DNA from: Planctomycetales bacterium
Lineage (GTDB): Bacteria; 4484-113; JAFGCY01
Assembly (NCBI GenBank): GCA_022646745.1
Contig: CP060262.1
Coordinates: 600,001-632,000, forward strand
Reading direction: 5' to 3'
DNA: 32,000 nucleotides
The position numbers were made by a program, and so were the translations under genes. Every line of letters begins with the position of its first letter. Position 1 is the first letter of the stretch. Positions 15,200 to 29,200 of the stretch are shown one piece after another. The notes beneath the pieces are model-generated. The model searched no databases. It saw only the letters and a list, made by a program, of their open reading frames with translations, and had not been told where the DNA came from.

Positions 15200-17105
15200 C
15201 GTCTATCACCTCTTCAATCTGGATAATATCCTGCACCGCCGCCTCCTGGTTGACGATCTCGTTCTGGAGGTCAGTGGTTACCTCAAACTTCCACTGGATG
15301 GTCGAGGTCTCCGTGAAGTCACGCTGGAAGAAGTCCTCAATGGAAGCACCCGGCTGGAATGAACCGCGGGGCAGCTTGTAATCCTGCATCGGGCGGGTGC
15401 CGGACTGGGCCGGCGCCGCAACGCTGGTAGTGGAGGTACCGGGACCGGGGCTGCTGGAAATGCCGCGGCCGATCGGGCCCGAACTGCCACCGCCGCCGCT
15501 GCCGCCACCACCACCGGCACCGCCGGCGCCACCGGTGTCCGCATTCTCGGAAACGCCGGTGTTGGTGAAGTACGGGCTGCGGTCCAGGTTGATCAGGAAC
15601 TGGTAAATGTCCACACGGTCAACCGCCACACCTTCCATGGTCACCGTGTTGGTGCTGGCTTCGAAGTCAATCTGATCCAGCCACACACGGTCGTTGATGC
15701 GGTTACCGACCTCGTCCATGATTTCTGGCCAGATACGCTGCTCCTTGAAGAGGGAGAAGATCTGGTTGAACTTCGGACGCTGGGCGATGATGTCGTTCTT
15801 GTTCGCATCGAAGTCATCCGCCGCGGGCTTCAGCCTGGCGGCCTCACCCTCGCGCTGCTGGACCTCACCGTTGAGAGTATTGATCTTGCCGTTGAGGTCC
15901 TTGTCGATGCTGTAATACCAGAACCCGATGGCCAGCAGGATCACCACACCGATGGCGGCAATCTGCTTGTTGATGGCCTTCGTGTAGTAGGAAGGCGGCA
16001 TCAGGTTCAGTGATTTCTTCTTGCGGAAATGCTCGAGGCAGAGGCCGGCGGCCACGGGCAGCTTGGAGGCTTCCTGGTTGAGGTGCTCCAGGCTGTAGGT
16101 GCCCTGGCGGTACTGCAGCATCGAGCTGAGGCTCAGGTCAGTCACCTCGAGGCCCGTCTGGTCCTCAAGGTACTTGGCGAGGTTCGGGAAGATCGTGCCA
16201 CTGCCGAACAGCAGCATCTTGCCGACGCGCTCAGTGCGCTGCGCCTGGCTCTCGTAGTAACGGATGGAGCGGATCAGCTCCGACACGAAGCCGCTGAACA
16301 CGGAGAGCAGGGCCTCGCGCAGGCGGTTATCCTCGGTCGGGTCGATCTCATCCTCGGGGATGGTCAGGTCGACGGGGTCGGCCTTGAGGTATTCCTCAGC
16401 CTCCTGGGCACTGACGCCGAGCAGCTGCCCGACCTTGGCCAGGATGTTGTTGTAGCCAAGCTCGACCGGACGGGACAGGCGGAACTGGCCCTTCAGGAAG
16501 AAGGACAGGTCAGTCACCGTGTCACGCATGTCGATCAGGCCGACTGCGGAGGTGTAACCCTCCATGCTGCTTTCGATCAGGTTCCAGGCCGCCAGCGAGG
16601 TGATCTTGATACCTTCGCACTCGATGCCCGCTGAGCGCATGGTTGCGATCAGTGAATCGACGGTGGTGGCACGGGTGGCCACCAGCAGCACTTCCTGCAT
16701 CGCCGGGTTCGCACCCTCACGGGCCGGGAGCACCTTGTAGTCATACACGGTGTCACCCGGGGGGAAGGGTACGTACTGGTTGATCTGCAGGGAGATGGCC
16801 TGCCTGGTCTGGGCAGCGCCCATCTTGGGAAGTTCAATGATGCGGGTGATTGCAGCCTTGCCGGAAAGCGAGATGATGGCGCGACGCGCCACGATGCCGT
16901 TTTCCTTGAGGATCTCCTTGATCCGGTTCCCGAGCTGTCCGGGTTCCGCCACACGTCCGGCGGCGAATACCGAGGACGGGATCTCACCAACCGCGAAGCG
17001 CTCCAGGATCATTTCCTTGCCCTTGCGGCTGATTGCGGTACAACGCAGCTCGTTCGACGTCAGATCAAGGCCTACATCGTATTTCTTTGCAGCTCCTTGA
17101 GCCAT
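15183..17105 (-). CDS. pilMN: PilM-PilN fusion protein (actin-like PilM fused to the PilN TM/periplasmic module) with a Gly-rich C-terminal extension
   Basis: I trimmed the start to the ATG at 17105, which has GGAGG 5 nt upstream. The PilM-like part reads YDVGLDLTSNELRCTAI..ISLSGKAAITRIIELPKM..AISLQINQYVPFPPGDTVYDYKVL..LLFGSGTIFPNLAKYLEDQTGLEV. At nt ~16000-16017 comes LNLMPP (compare the PilN N-terminal INLLP motif), then the TM segment IAAIGVVILLAIGFWYY, a coiled coil and a PilN-like domain. A TGGAGGAGGGGGSGGGGSSG linker and ~90 further aa follow. Confidence 0.85.
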   Translation of the reverse strand: MAQGAAKKYDVGLDLTSNELRCTAISRKGKEMILERFAVGEIPSSVFAAGRVAEPGQLGNRIKEILKENGIVARRAIISLSGKAAITRIIELPKMGAAQTRQAISLQINQYVPFPPGDTVYDYKVLPAREGANPAMQEVLLVATRATTVDSLIATMRSAGIECEGIKITSLAAWNLIESSMEGYTSAVGLIDMRDTVTDLSFFLKGQFRLSRPVELGYNNILAKVGQLLGVSAQEAEEYLKADPVDLTIPEDEIDPTEDNRLREALLSVFSGFVSELIRSIRYYESQAQRTERVGKMLLFGSGTIFPNLAKYLEDQTGLEVTDLSLSSMLQYRQGTYSLEHLNQEASKLPVAAGLCLEHFRKKKSLNLMPPSYYTKAINKQIAAIGVVILLAIGFWYYSIDKDLNGKINTLNGEVQQREGEAARLKPAADDFDANKNDIIAQRPKFNQIFSLFKEQRIWPEIMDEVGNRINDRVWLDQIDFEASTNTVTMEGVAVDRVDIYQFLINLDRSPYFTNTGVSENADTGGAGGAGGGGGSGGGGSSGPIGRGISSSPGPGTSTTSVAAPAQSGTRPMQDYKLPRGSFQPGASIEDFFQRDFTETSTIQWKFEVTTDLQNEIVNQEAAVQDIIQIEEVIDDVVST

Positions 17106-17165
17106 TCTAACCTCCACCGAAGAAACCCGTACTTAGAGACACGGGCGCCCCACTAAATGTTCCGC

Positions 17166-17204
17166 GGGGTCAGGCATGAACATAAACAGTCCAGGCCTGA
17201 CCCC
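17166..17204 (-). repeat. Perfect 10-bp inverted repeat (stem-loop with 19-nt loop) in the pilQ - pilMN intergenic region
   Basis: ggggtcaggc (17166-17175) pairs with gcctgacccc (17195-17204). No U-tract follows on the minus strand, so it does not look like a classical terminator. Confidence 0.5.
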
Positions 17205-17217
17205 TCGGTTTCAGGTT

Positions 17218-19989
<2,772 letters not shown>

Positions 19990-20104
19990 CCAATCGCTCC
20001 TCACGGACAGATTAACAATCCGTGTAATTTCCTGCCCATACCAACAGGGCAGTATCCAACTGTGCAGCGCTAACAGTAGCACGGGGCTACGGTGCAATTT
20101 GGAT

Positions 20105-20133
20105 ATTTTATGCTAGGAAAAATCTCTTGTCAA
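20105..20133 (-). promoter_or_regulatory. Near-consensus sigma70 promoter for the pilQ-pilMN-pilO-pilP operon
   Basis: On the minus strand: TTGACA (20133-20128), a 17-nt spacer (20127-20111), then TAAAAT (20110-20105). This predicts a ~105-110 nt leader before the pilQ ATG at 19989. Confidence 0.6.
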
Positions 20134-20155
20134 TGAACATGAGTACCTATCTTTT

Positions 20156-20179
20156 AAGTTATTCGGAAGTTATTCGGAA
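20156..20179 (-). repeat. Perfect tandem direct repeat, 2 x 11 bp (plus strand aagttattcgg), upstream of the pilQ promoter
   Basis: aagttattcgg occurs at 20156-20166 and again at 20167-20177, followed by aa. The repeat lies 23-46 nt upstream of the -35 hexamer. The 11-bp period equals one helical turn. Confidence 0.7.
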
Positions 20180-20210
20180 AAAACAGACCCCCGGATTAGC
20201 TCCGGGGGTC
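20178..20210 (-). terminator. Rho-independent terminator after the giant GspK-like gene
   Basis: On the minus strand: GACCCCCGGA - gctaa - TCCGGGGGTC (a 10-bp GC-rich stem, 20186-20210), followed by TGTTTTTTCC (T6 from A6 at 20178-20183). It sits 47 nt after the stop at 20257. Confidence 0.85.
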
Positions 20211-20256
20211 CATATTCGGTCTCAATTGAAGTGCTGGTTGATACCAGTCCTTATTA

Positions 20257-23200
20257 CTACTCGGAGTTATCCGAGAACCAGAGGATCTTGTAGCTGGCGC
20301 TGCGTGCCGGGCTGATCAGACCCCTGGAGGCGTCAAGGTCGGAAAGCTGGTCAACGCCACGGTTGTTCGCCAGCGGGCCGGCATCGAGGATGACGGTCTT
20401 CGAGCGGTCACGGGCCAGGGTGGAGGTATCCAGCAGGGCGCTGGAGGTTCCGCCGCTGGCGGTGATCGCCGCGCTGGAGTCCACTCGGTAGACGTAGCTG
20501 CGGCAGGTGATGAACGGGGCGATGTCGTCCAGCCAGTTGGTGCGGACCACGAACTCACCGGCACCTGCATCCCAGTACTCTTCGTAACGGAAGGCGGACG
20601 GGCCGGAGTAACGGCGCAGGCCGGACGAGCGGTCATTGCCGTTGAGCGTTATAGTCGCATCCAGCGTACCGGTGAGCGGGAAGCTCTGGTTGCCGGCTGA
20701 GTCGTCGATCACCTTGTAGAGGTCGAAGATGTTCTGGAACGGCGGGTTCGGGATGAAGGTACCCGCGGTCACGCCGTTGGACTCGAACACGCCGACCTTG
20801 TTGCGGCCGTCCACAACATCCTCAACCCCGGTCAGGGCACCCAGGCTAAAGCTGCCATCGGTACCGACGGTCAGGCCCTGGTTGCCACTGCTGTAGGTGA
20901 AGTAATGGCGGGCGTCGAAGGACCAGCGGGAGTAGTTGTTGCCGCTGTTGTCGGACGGGTACTGGCCGGTGGCCGCCCAGGTACCGAATCCGCCGCCGCC
21001 GGCGTAACGGTTGTTCTCCCAGTTGCTGTTGCTCGCCACGTCGTTGAGGTACTTGGCGTAGTTCTCCTTGCTCTCGTTCACGTTGAAGTTGAAGCCAGGC
21101 TCAGGCACGCCGTCACCATCCACATCGATGCCGATGTTGATGGCCAGCGGCTCCCGCACCACGGCCATGTCACTCGGGGAGTAGAACATGTTCGCTGCGT
21201 CGCCGTTGTCCAGGTTGTAGTAGCTGCCTGCCATGTTGTCCCAGGTGTTGAGCATCTGGGTGTTGGCCTGGCCCAGCGCGCCATCGCGGTTGGCGATGCC
21301 GTACTGGTGCGGGTTGGTACCGTCGAAGGGGCCGATCATCGGCAGGTGGTCCACGCGGAAGTTGCCCAGGTTGAGGGAGGCAGCAGCAGCGTTCGCACTC
21401 TGGGTGTAACCGAAGTTGCCGTCGGCATCAGCCGGGGTCGGCTTGTTCTGGTCGTAGTACAGGGTGCGGTAACGGATCACCTTGCGGGCCAGCACGCGGG
21501 CGGCAGCCTCGGTCATGTGGCTGTCGTTCACCTGATCACGTACGAAGTGGTAGGTCTCGTTCACACCGTTGTTGTCGATGTCATCCACCACGTCATAGTC
21601 ATAGGCACGGTTGGTGATGATCTTGCGGAACAGCGCGGTCAGCACTTCCTCCGAGGCGGTGTTGATGTTCACACGGCCCTCGGTGTAGGTGTCGTAGTAG
21701 TCCTCGATGTTCGCATTGCCGAAGAAGCCCTGGCTGTAGCTGACCTGCCACTGCGGCACGTCCAGCGGGTCCTTGGAGGCGTAGTTGCCGATTGAGCGGA
21801 ATGCCTGGTTGGTATCCACGCCGACGATGTCACCAAACACCTGCAGGTCCGCCTCCATCAGGCGGCCGCCACGGCCCTCGGAGTCCGGCTTGTTGCCGAA
21901 CACCTGGGTGGTGTCATCGCTGAGCGTCAGGTGCGGGTCGGTCCAGATGCGCACCGCGTGCATCGGGCGGCCCTCACGGTCGGTCACCACGCGCGGCGCG
22001 GTGTTGCCGTACTCGATCGGGGTCATGTAGCCGTCCGCGAAGATCGTGTCGTTCACGGTGACCACGCCGCCGCTGTTGTCACTGACGGTCATCTGCACGG
22101 TGTAGGTGCCGGCGCTCGGGACCACGAAGGTCACGGGCTCATCGTTGCCGCCCGGCAGGCGCGGGTCATCCGGGCCGTCGCCGCCGAAGCTGTCGGCATC
22201 GGTGCGGCTGACGCTGCCCTGGCTGGAACCGCTGCTGTCAAGCAGGGCGAGGTTCACGTTGTAACCGCCGTCGGCCAGTCTGCGGCCGCCGCTGACGGCG
22301 TAGTGCACCTGGGCGATGAACGGAGCCACGCCGCTCGGCGGGTTGACGATCAGGTCGCCCCACAGCGGGATGCTCTCGGCGACACGGACCACCGTGGTGT
22401 CGGTCGCCACGTTGCCGCTGTCATCGGTCGAGCGCACCTCGACGCTGTAGGTGCCCGGCGTGTTGTAGACGTTGCCGAAGATGTGGATGCTGCCGTCGCC
22501 GACCGTGACCACATCGTCATACACGGCGTCGCCGTCGTAGTCGATCTCGAGGTCGTAACCCGGGGTGCCGCCGTCGGCGGAGACCCAGAACTCGATGAAC
22601 TCACCGGTGCTGCCGCTCGGCGGGGTGGCCATCACGTGCACGCTGTGCGGCGGCTCGACGACCGTGAAGGTCTTCATGGCGGAGTTGACCACGCCGCTGC
22701 CGTCACTGACTTCGCACCAGACGCGCCAGGCGCCGGCACCGCTGTCAGCGGGCACCCAGAACGCCTCGTCCTGGATGTCCTCGTAGGGCACGAGGATCGG
22801 GCCGGAAATGCTGGCCGAGACCGGCGGGCTGGTGCCTGCGTTGTTGTCCATGTCAACCGGCTGGAAGCCGCCGCCGTTGTCGTACTCGACGAACCAGCGG
22901 TAGCTGTAGGAGTTGAACTCGTTGGCTCCGCCGCTCGGGAAGGCCGTGAAGCGGATCGGGTCACTGTTGCTGGCGACGATGGAATCGATGTAGATGTCCA
23001 CACCGAGGGCACGGCGCTCAGGGCTGGACGAGCCGTTGCGGTCGCCGACGAAGACGGCCTGGCTGTCGAAGCTGAAGCTGCGCTGGCTGGAGGGCAGCAC
23101 ATCGCTGCTCCAGGCCCAGCCGTTGTACACGCCGCGACGGGCGGTGTAGTAGTCGAAGATACCGTTGGGCTGCGGGCGGCCGACGTTCGGGGCGGCCTGC

Positions 23201-26200
23201 GGGAAGCTGGCGCCACGCACGTTCAGCGGGACCTCGGCCCAGTTGTTGAAGCCGTTGTTGACCGCGTACTCGTAGGTACTGGACGGGTTGCCATCCTGCG
23301 GGCTCTCGCTGCCGTCGTTGTTCCACAGCGTGTTGGCGTTGGCATCGGACAGCCAGTTGAAGCTGCTGCCCTCGCCATGCACGGACTGGTGCAGCATCTG
23401 GGTGATGCCTGAGATGTTGCTGGTCACGAACGGTGCGCTGTAGCTGACCCAGTTTGTCAGGCTCGTGGCGAACTGGCTGTCACCGCGCGGCACGTAGAGC
23501 TGGTCGACGGTCTCGTACTGGCGGACGGCATTGTTGGTGCTGCCCGGCAGCGGGTTGTCGGTCAGGGTGGCGAAGGTCTGGTACAGCGCGGTCATCGTCA
23601 CCTTGTGGTCGCGGCTGTTGTTCCACTGCGCCACGTTGAGCGTGCCCAGGTCCGTGTCGTAATCGTCACGTCCCACGCGCACCACCGGCAGGGCGAAGCC
23701 CGCACCGCCGCCGTAGCGCTCGCTGCCGGTCTGGCCGGCGGCGAAGGAGTTCACCCAGTAGCGACCGACGGTGTAGCCAGCGCCGTTGAGCTCGGGGCCA
23801 GCCCCGAAGCTGTGGGTGATCACCGCGTTCTCGACCTCAATGCCGTTCTGGGTTCCATCACCACGCGTGGTGTCGGCGACGAAGAAGATGTCGTCGACCA
23901 CGCTGTCGTTGTCCCAGTCAACCTCGATGAAGCTGGCGGCTGCGCCGGCGGCACTCAGGTCGAACGGGTAGTTCATCTCGATGTGGAACTCGATCGGGGT
24001 GTTGAAGTCGGCGAAGGTGGCATCCGCCCAGGCGTTGCCACTGAAGCCGTTCTCCGTGAAGATCTCGTACTCGTAACCGATGCGGAACTGGTTGGCCGGG
24101 ATGTTGACCGTCCAGATGTCATCCACCACCCACTCGGCGGGCACCGCGTTGATGCTCACCAGGTCACCGATGTTGAACACACCGAGACCGGCGCCGGGGG
24201 CAATCAGCTGGACCGTCAGGTCATTGCCGCCGTTGAAGGCGGTGATGGTCCAGGTGGAGTTGCCGTCCGTCACGTTGGTAAGCACCAGGCCGATCAGGCT
24301 GTTGTTGGCGAAGCGGTTGAGGGTGATGTCCCAGTTGCCGCCGCCATTGTCGGTGAAGGCATTCACGGTCGCGGTCTGCGTGCCGGTGAAGGTGTTGTTC
24401 ACCACGTCGAGGATGCCCGGGCTGTTGGCGGTGCTGCTCACCGTCCAGGTGCCGATCTGCACGCCGTCACGGGTCTGCAGCACGGTGTCGCCCACCATGA
24501 TGCCACCCTGCGCCGGGCCGTTTATGTCACCGACGAAGTCGTAGGGGGCGGCCAGCTGGTCGATCACCTGGTTGACGGAATTGCCATCAACCACGCCGGT
24601 GCGGTTCACGCCGGTGCCGTTCACGAGGCCCGTGCCGAAGCTCGGGTCGCCCGGGTTGCTCAAGCGCAGCTCAGATCCGCTGACGACGTCGAGCACGTTG
24701 GCGGTGGAGCCGTCCGTGATGTTCAGCACCAGGTCGCCGACGCTAACGCCGCGGCTGCCGGCCTGGGCGAAGTTGTTGTTCGTGTCACGCAGCACCGTGC
24801 CGGAGGGCTCGTTGCTGGTGGAGTTGCCACTGGTCACCTGCTCACCGCCACGGGTGCCACTGGTGCCGTTCAGGTCGATCTGCCACTTGCGGCGGGCCAG
24901 AGCGGTGTTGATGCCGCCCACCGCGCTGCGGAAGGCCAGGCCACTGCCGGGCTGCGGGTTGAAGCTGGCACCGCGGGTGTCGATGTCCGGCCAGATGTCG
25001 GCCAGGATGCCGTAGGCACCGTTGCTGTCAACGAAGCGGCTGATGCTGTAGGCATCGCCGATGTTCCACTGCGGGGCGCTCAGGCTGCCGCAGCCGACCT
25101 CGTTCTGCGAGATCACGCTGACAACGCTGGTGGTGGCTCCGGTGTTCAGGTTGGTCACCAGGTCGCCCGGCAGCACGCCGGCGCTGATGAAGCTCGCCGC
25201 ACCATCCGTGAAGGACGGTGTGCCGGCAAGGAAGATGTTGCCGATGAAGCCGCTGGCGAGCACCAGGTTGGTGCCACTCACGTTGGCAAGGTCATGGATC
25301 ATCACCAGCTGGTGGCTGACGGCTGTGCGCCCGCTGACGAGGTCCTTGACCGTCAGGGTGGCGTTGTAGTTGCCGATGCCGTCGCCGGCGTAGTCATGGG
25401 TGATGCCGAGGTTGCTGCCGATCAGCTGGCGTCCACCGGACGGGTTGCTCAGTGAGCTGTAGCTGTAGTCGATCTTGCCGTCGCCCTGGAAGTCCAGGTC
25501 GTACTGCAGGTAGGCAGCATCATTCACGGACAGGCTGCCGATCAGGTCGAAGGTCACGTTGAAGCCGGTCTGGAAGATGTAGCGGCGGTCACTGGTGCCG
25601 CCCGGGGTCTGCACGGTGATGAAGCCGGTGCGGGCGCCGTCCGGCACGCGCACGGTCAGCTCCTGCTGGCCGTAGGGCGAACCGCCGATGTTGAGGATGT
25701 CAACACCGCTCGGGGCCGTCACGCCGGCACCGGTCGCGCTCACACCACCGGCGAAGTGCACGGTGTTGTTGCTGGCAACCGGGTCGAAATTGAAGCCGCG
25801 GATCACGATCGCCTGGCCGTTGGCGGCCACGTCGGGCTCGATCGCCGGGTCGATGGTCGCACTGCCGATGTAGGGTGGGTTCGCACCGCCCGCTGCGCTG
25901 TTGTTGGTGCCGGCCGTGATGCTGGCATTGCCCGGCGGGTTGGCCGCCAGCACCGCCATCGGGGTGCGGGCGATGCCGGAGGTGTCGGGCACACCGCCAG
26001 CGCCGGTGCCGAGGTTGCTGAGCGTCACCTGCGCCACGTCATGCGCGATGAAGGACTGGCCACTGGAGGGCAGCAGGTTGTTGCGGTCGAGCACGAAGCA
26101 GTGCACGAAGTACACGCCCTGCGCATCCGGGATGCCGTCCGCACCGGCTGCACCGGTCTCGTTGTCATAGTTGTCAAGCTGGCTGAACTCGAAGCTCGGG

Positions 26201-29200
26201 CTGGCGTCGTTGGAGCGCATCTGCACCGTGGTGCTGACCGCGCCGCCGCCGGTCGTCAGGCTGTCGAGGTTCACGATCGGGGCCGCCGCGTCGACGGTCT
26301 CCATCGGGATCACGCTGTCCAGCACGTGGTTGCCGGTGCCGTTGTACTTCGGACGGGTCACGACCCAGTAGTAGCCGTAGCCGTCACGGCCGCCGTCCAC
26401 GGAGGCGCTGGCGGTGAAGCCGAGGCGGCTGTCACCGAGCTCACGCAGGGTGATGCTGGCGTTCATCTCCGGCGGGATCGCGGTGCCGGTGCTGCTGGAG
26501 GACTCATCGTCCTTCACGAGCTTGCTGAACACGGTGTCCGTTGCGCCGCCGTTCTCGGTGACTCGCAGGCGCAGCCAGTACTCGGTGTTGTTCGGCAGGC
26601 CGCTCGGGTCGAAGAAGGTGTTCCACTCGGGGCTGCTGCTGCTGCCGGCCACGACCAGCAGGGTGCCGGGCACGAGCTCTGCGGCTGAATAGTCGAATCC
26701 CGGGGGAGTGACGCGGGACGGACGCGGCGGGCTGCCGAGGCCGGGGAAGGTGGCGATCGGTCCGGCGCCGTCGGGACCCTGGTAGGGGCCGCCGACACCG
26801 TTGCCAAGCGTCGCGTCAAGCACGCGCAGTTCCCAGTTGTAGTTCAGGTCGCCACCGGCGGCACTCATCTCGACCTCGACACTGGTGTCGTTGTCGAACA
26901 CGGAGACCTCATGGCTGGCAAGCTGGGCCTGGAAGCCGGCGGCGGTCTCGATCGGGGAGATCACCGCGCTGTCGAAGGCGTAGCCGCCGGTGGGCACCGG
27001 CGGATAGCCGCCGCCGTAGTCCACCGGGAAGGTGCCACCATCAGACGGCGTGGTCTGCACGCGGCCGCCGGCATAGATGTTGCCGGGCAGCGCGGGCGTG
27101 CCGCTCGCGATCGGCAGGCCGCTGGAGTCAACGAAGGTCCGCAGGTCATACATGTGCAGCGTGACCGTGTTGCCCTCCGGGTTGACGCGGATCTGGATCG
27201 GGTTGTTGATCAGCTGGCCCGGCTGCTCCGTCGGCCAGGTGCCGTCGAAGTCATCCGGGTCGTCATCAGGGCCGAGGGTGTCGCGGTACTCCCAGTCGAA
27301 CAGCAGGTAGCTGCCGCCGCCGGTGGTGTCCGCGCCGCCGTAGCTCGAGTAGATGTCATAAGTGTCGCCACCGGTGCGCACCGGCAGGATGTTCACCGCG
27401 AACGGGATCGCGGCCTCGGTGTTGTACTGCAGGAAGACCTTGGTGATGTCATCCGCACGCAGCTCCGGGTCCTCCGGCTCGTTGGCGGCGTCATCCCAGC
27501 GGTAGGCCAGGATGCGGCCGGTGGCGTAGGGGTCGCCCTCGCCGGTCCAGGCCCAGCCGGGCCAGTCAGCCGGAGCCACGCCGGTATCCCAGGCGTTGCC
27601 CTCGTTCGGGCGCCAGTTGCCATCGTCCGTCACCGCACCACCGAGCGGGTACGGGACCTGCTGGTAGCTGAAGTTGCGGCCGAGGCTGCCGACGCCGCCC
27701 AGCGGGGCCAGCAAGCTGGCGAAGGCCGGGTTGTTGGTGAAGTCAGGTCCAAGCACATCCAGGTTGTTGAAGTTGTCATAGGCCTGGATCGTGACGTTGC
27801 CGGTCATGCCGGGGAACACCGGGCTGACTGAGCGGATCTGCTGCGCGGTGAGCGGGATCTGCACGGTGTCGGGGCTCAGCGAACCGGCGTCATACGGGCC
27901 GCCCGCGGAGGGGAACACGCCGGTGCGGTTGGCATGGTTGAAGTACAGCATGTACAGCACAACGTCCTGCGCCGGGTCATCGGCCGTACCGAGGTTGCCG
28001 TCAGGGCCGGTCACGTTGTCGAAGTACCAGCTGACGGGCACCACATCACTGAAGGTGGCGTAGTAGCTCACGATGCCATTCGGGTTGACGGTGTCGTCAC
28101 GGTAGTCCGACGGCGGGTCGGACATCAGGCTGACGCTCATGCTGCTGAACTCGTAGAGCGGGACCTGCAGCAGGTCGGCCGCGCTGTCGAAGGTGCCCGG
28201 GTTGAGCAGGTTGGCAGCGGTGAACACGCCGGGGCCGTGCGGGGTGACGACCGGGTTGGCATTGTTGGTGTTGGCCAGCGTGGCGAAGTCGAAGCCGTCC
28301 GGCGGGTTGTTGTTCGGGCCGAAGTCGAAGCCGCCGCCGAAGATGCCGAAGATGCGCTCGATGAAGAAGAACGCGCCGCCGCCGAACAGGTTGCCGATGC
28401 CCGGGCTGGCCGGGTGGGACGCCATGTTCACGCCGTTCCAGTCGTAGGTGTAGTCATCGGCGGTGAACGGCGTACCGTTGCGGTAGAGCACGATCGAGAG
28501 GCAGCTGTCCAGGCTGAACTCGGGGTTCAGCGCCGGGTAGCCGGCGAAGTTCGTGAAGGCCTCGTCGCTGGTCGGGAACTGGTGGCCGAAGGCGCCGACG
28601 TTGTAGGGGTTGGCCTCACTGTCGCGGTGCGGCACCAGCAGGCCGCCGCCGGTCGGGTCGTAGCGCGGGTCGTCATTGGGTGTCATGTGGTCGGACGCGC
28701 CACTGCGGCCGGTGCGGTCAACCGCCGGCAGGGTGATCTTGCGGAAGTTGGTGCTCGGCAGGTGCTCGCGGATGTAGGCGTACATCTCCTCCGCGCGGTC
28801 GCGGTAGTCCTCGAGCGAGAAGCCGCCGGCGGTGGCGGTGACGTCGTAACGCAGGTCGTTGACATTGTCAGTGTCGCGCATGTCGTCCGGCACGGTGCGG
28901 CGCACCTGGCCGAAGAAGAACGGGTCACCGGCCTCGTAGGCGTTCACCAGGTCGGCATCCGGGCCGACGTCGGTGATGTAGGTGCCGATCACGTTGGTGT
29001 CATAGCTGTGGATCGTCAGGTAGTCCTTCAACCTGTTGAACTTGGCGCGGGTCATGCCGGGCACGTTGAGCAGCTGGTCCAGGCTCGAAAGCGCGAAGGG
29101 CTGCGGCAGCGGCATGTCGTCCTCGTCGCTGGCAGCGAAGTCCCAGAAGATGCTGCCGACGGTGCCGCCCGCGAGATTGATGCCGAGCGCGGTCAGCGGC

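Noticed and set aside
20127-20315. Plus-strand 62-aa ORF in the pilQ / giant-gene intergenic region
   Set aside because: It runs through the terminator hairpin, the direct repeats and the promoter, and has no SD. The sequence is better explained as regulatory DNA.
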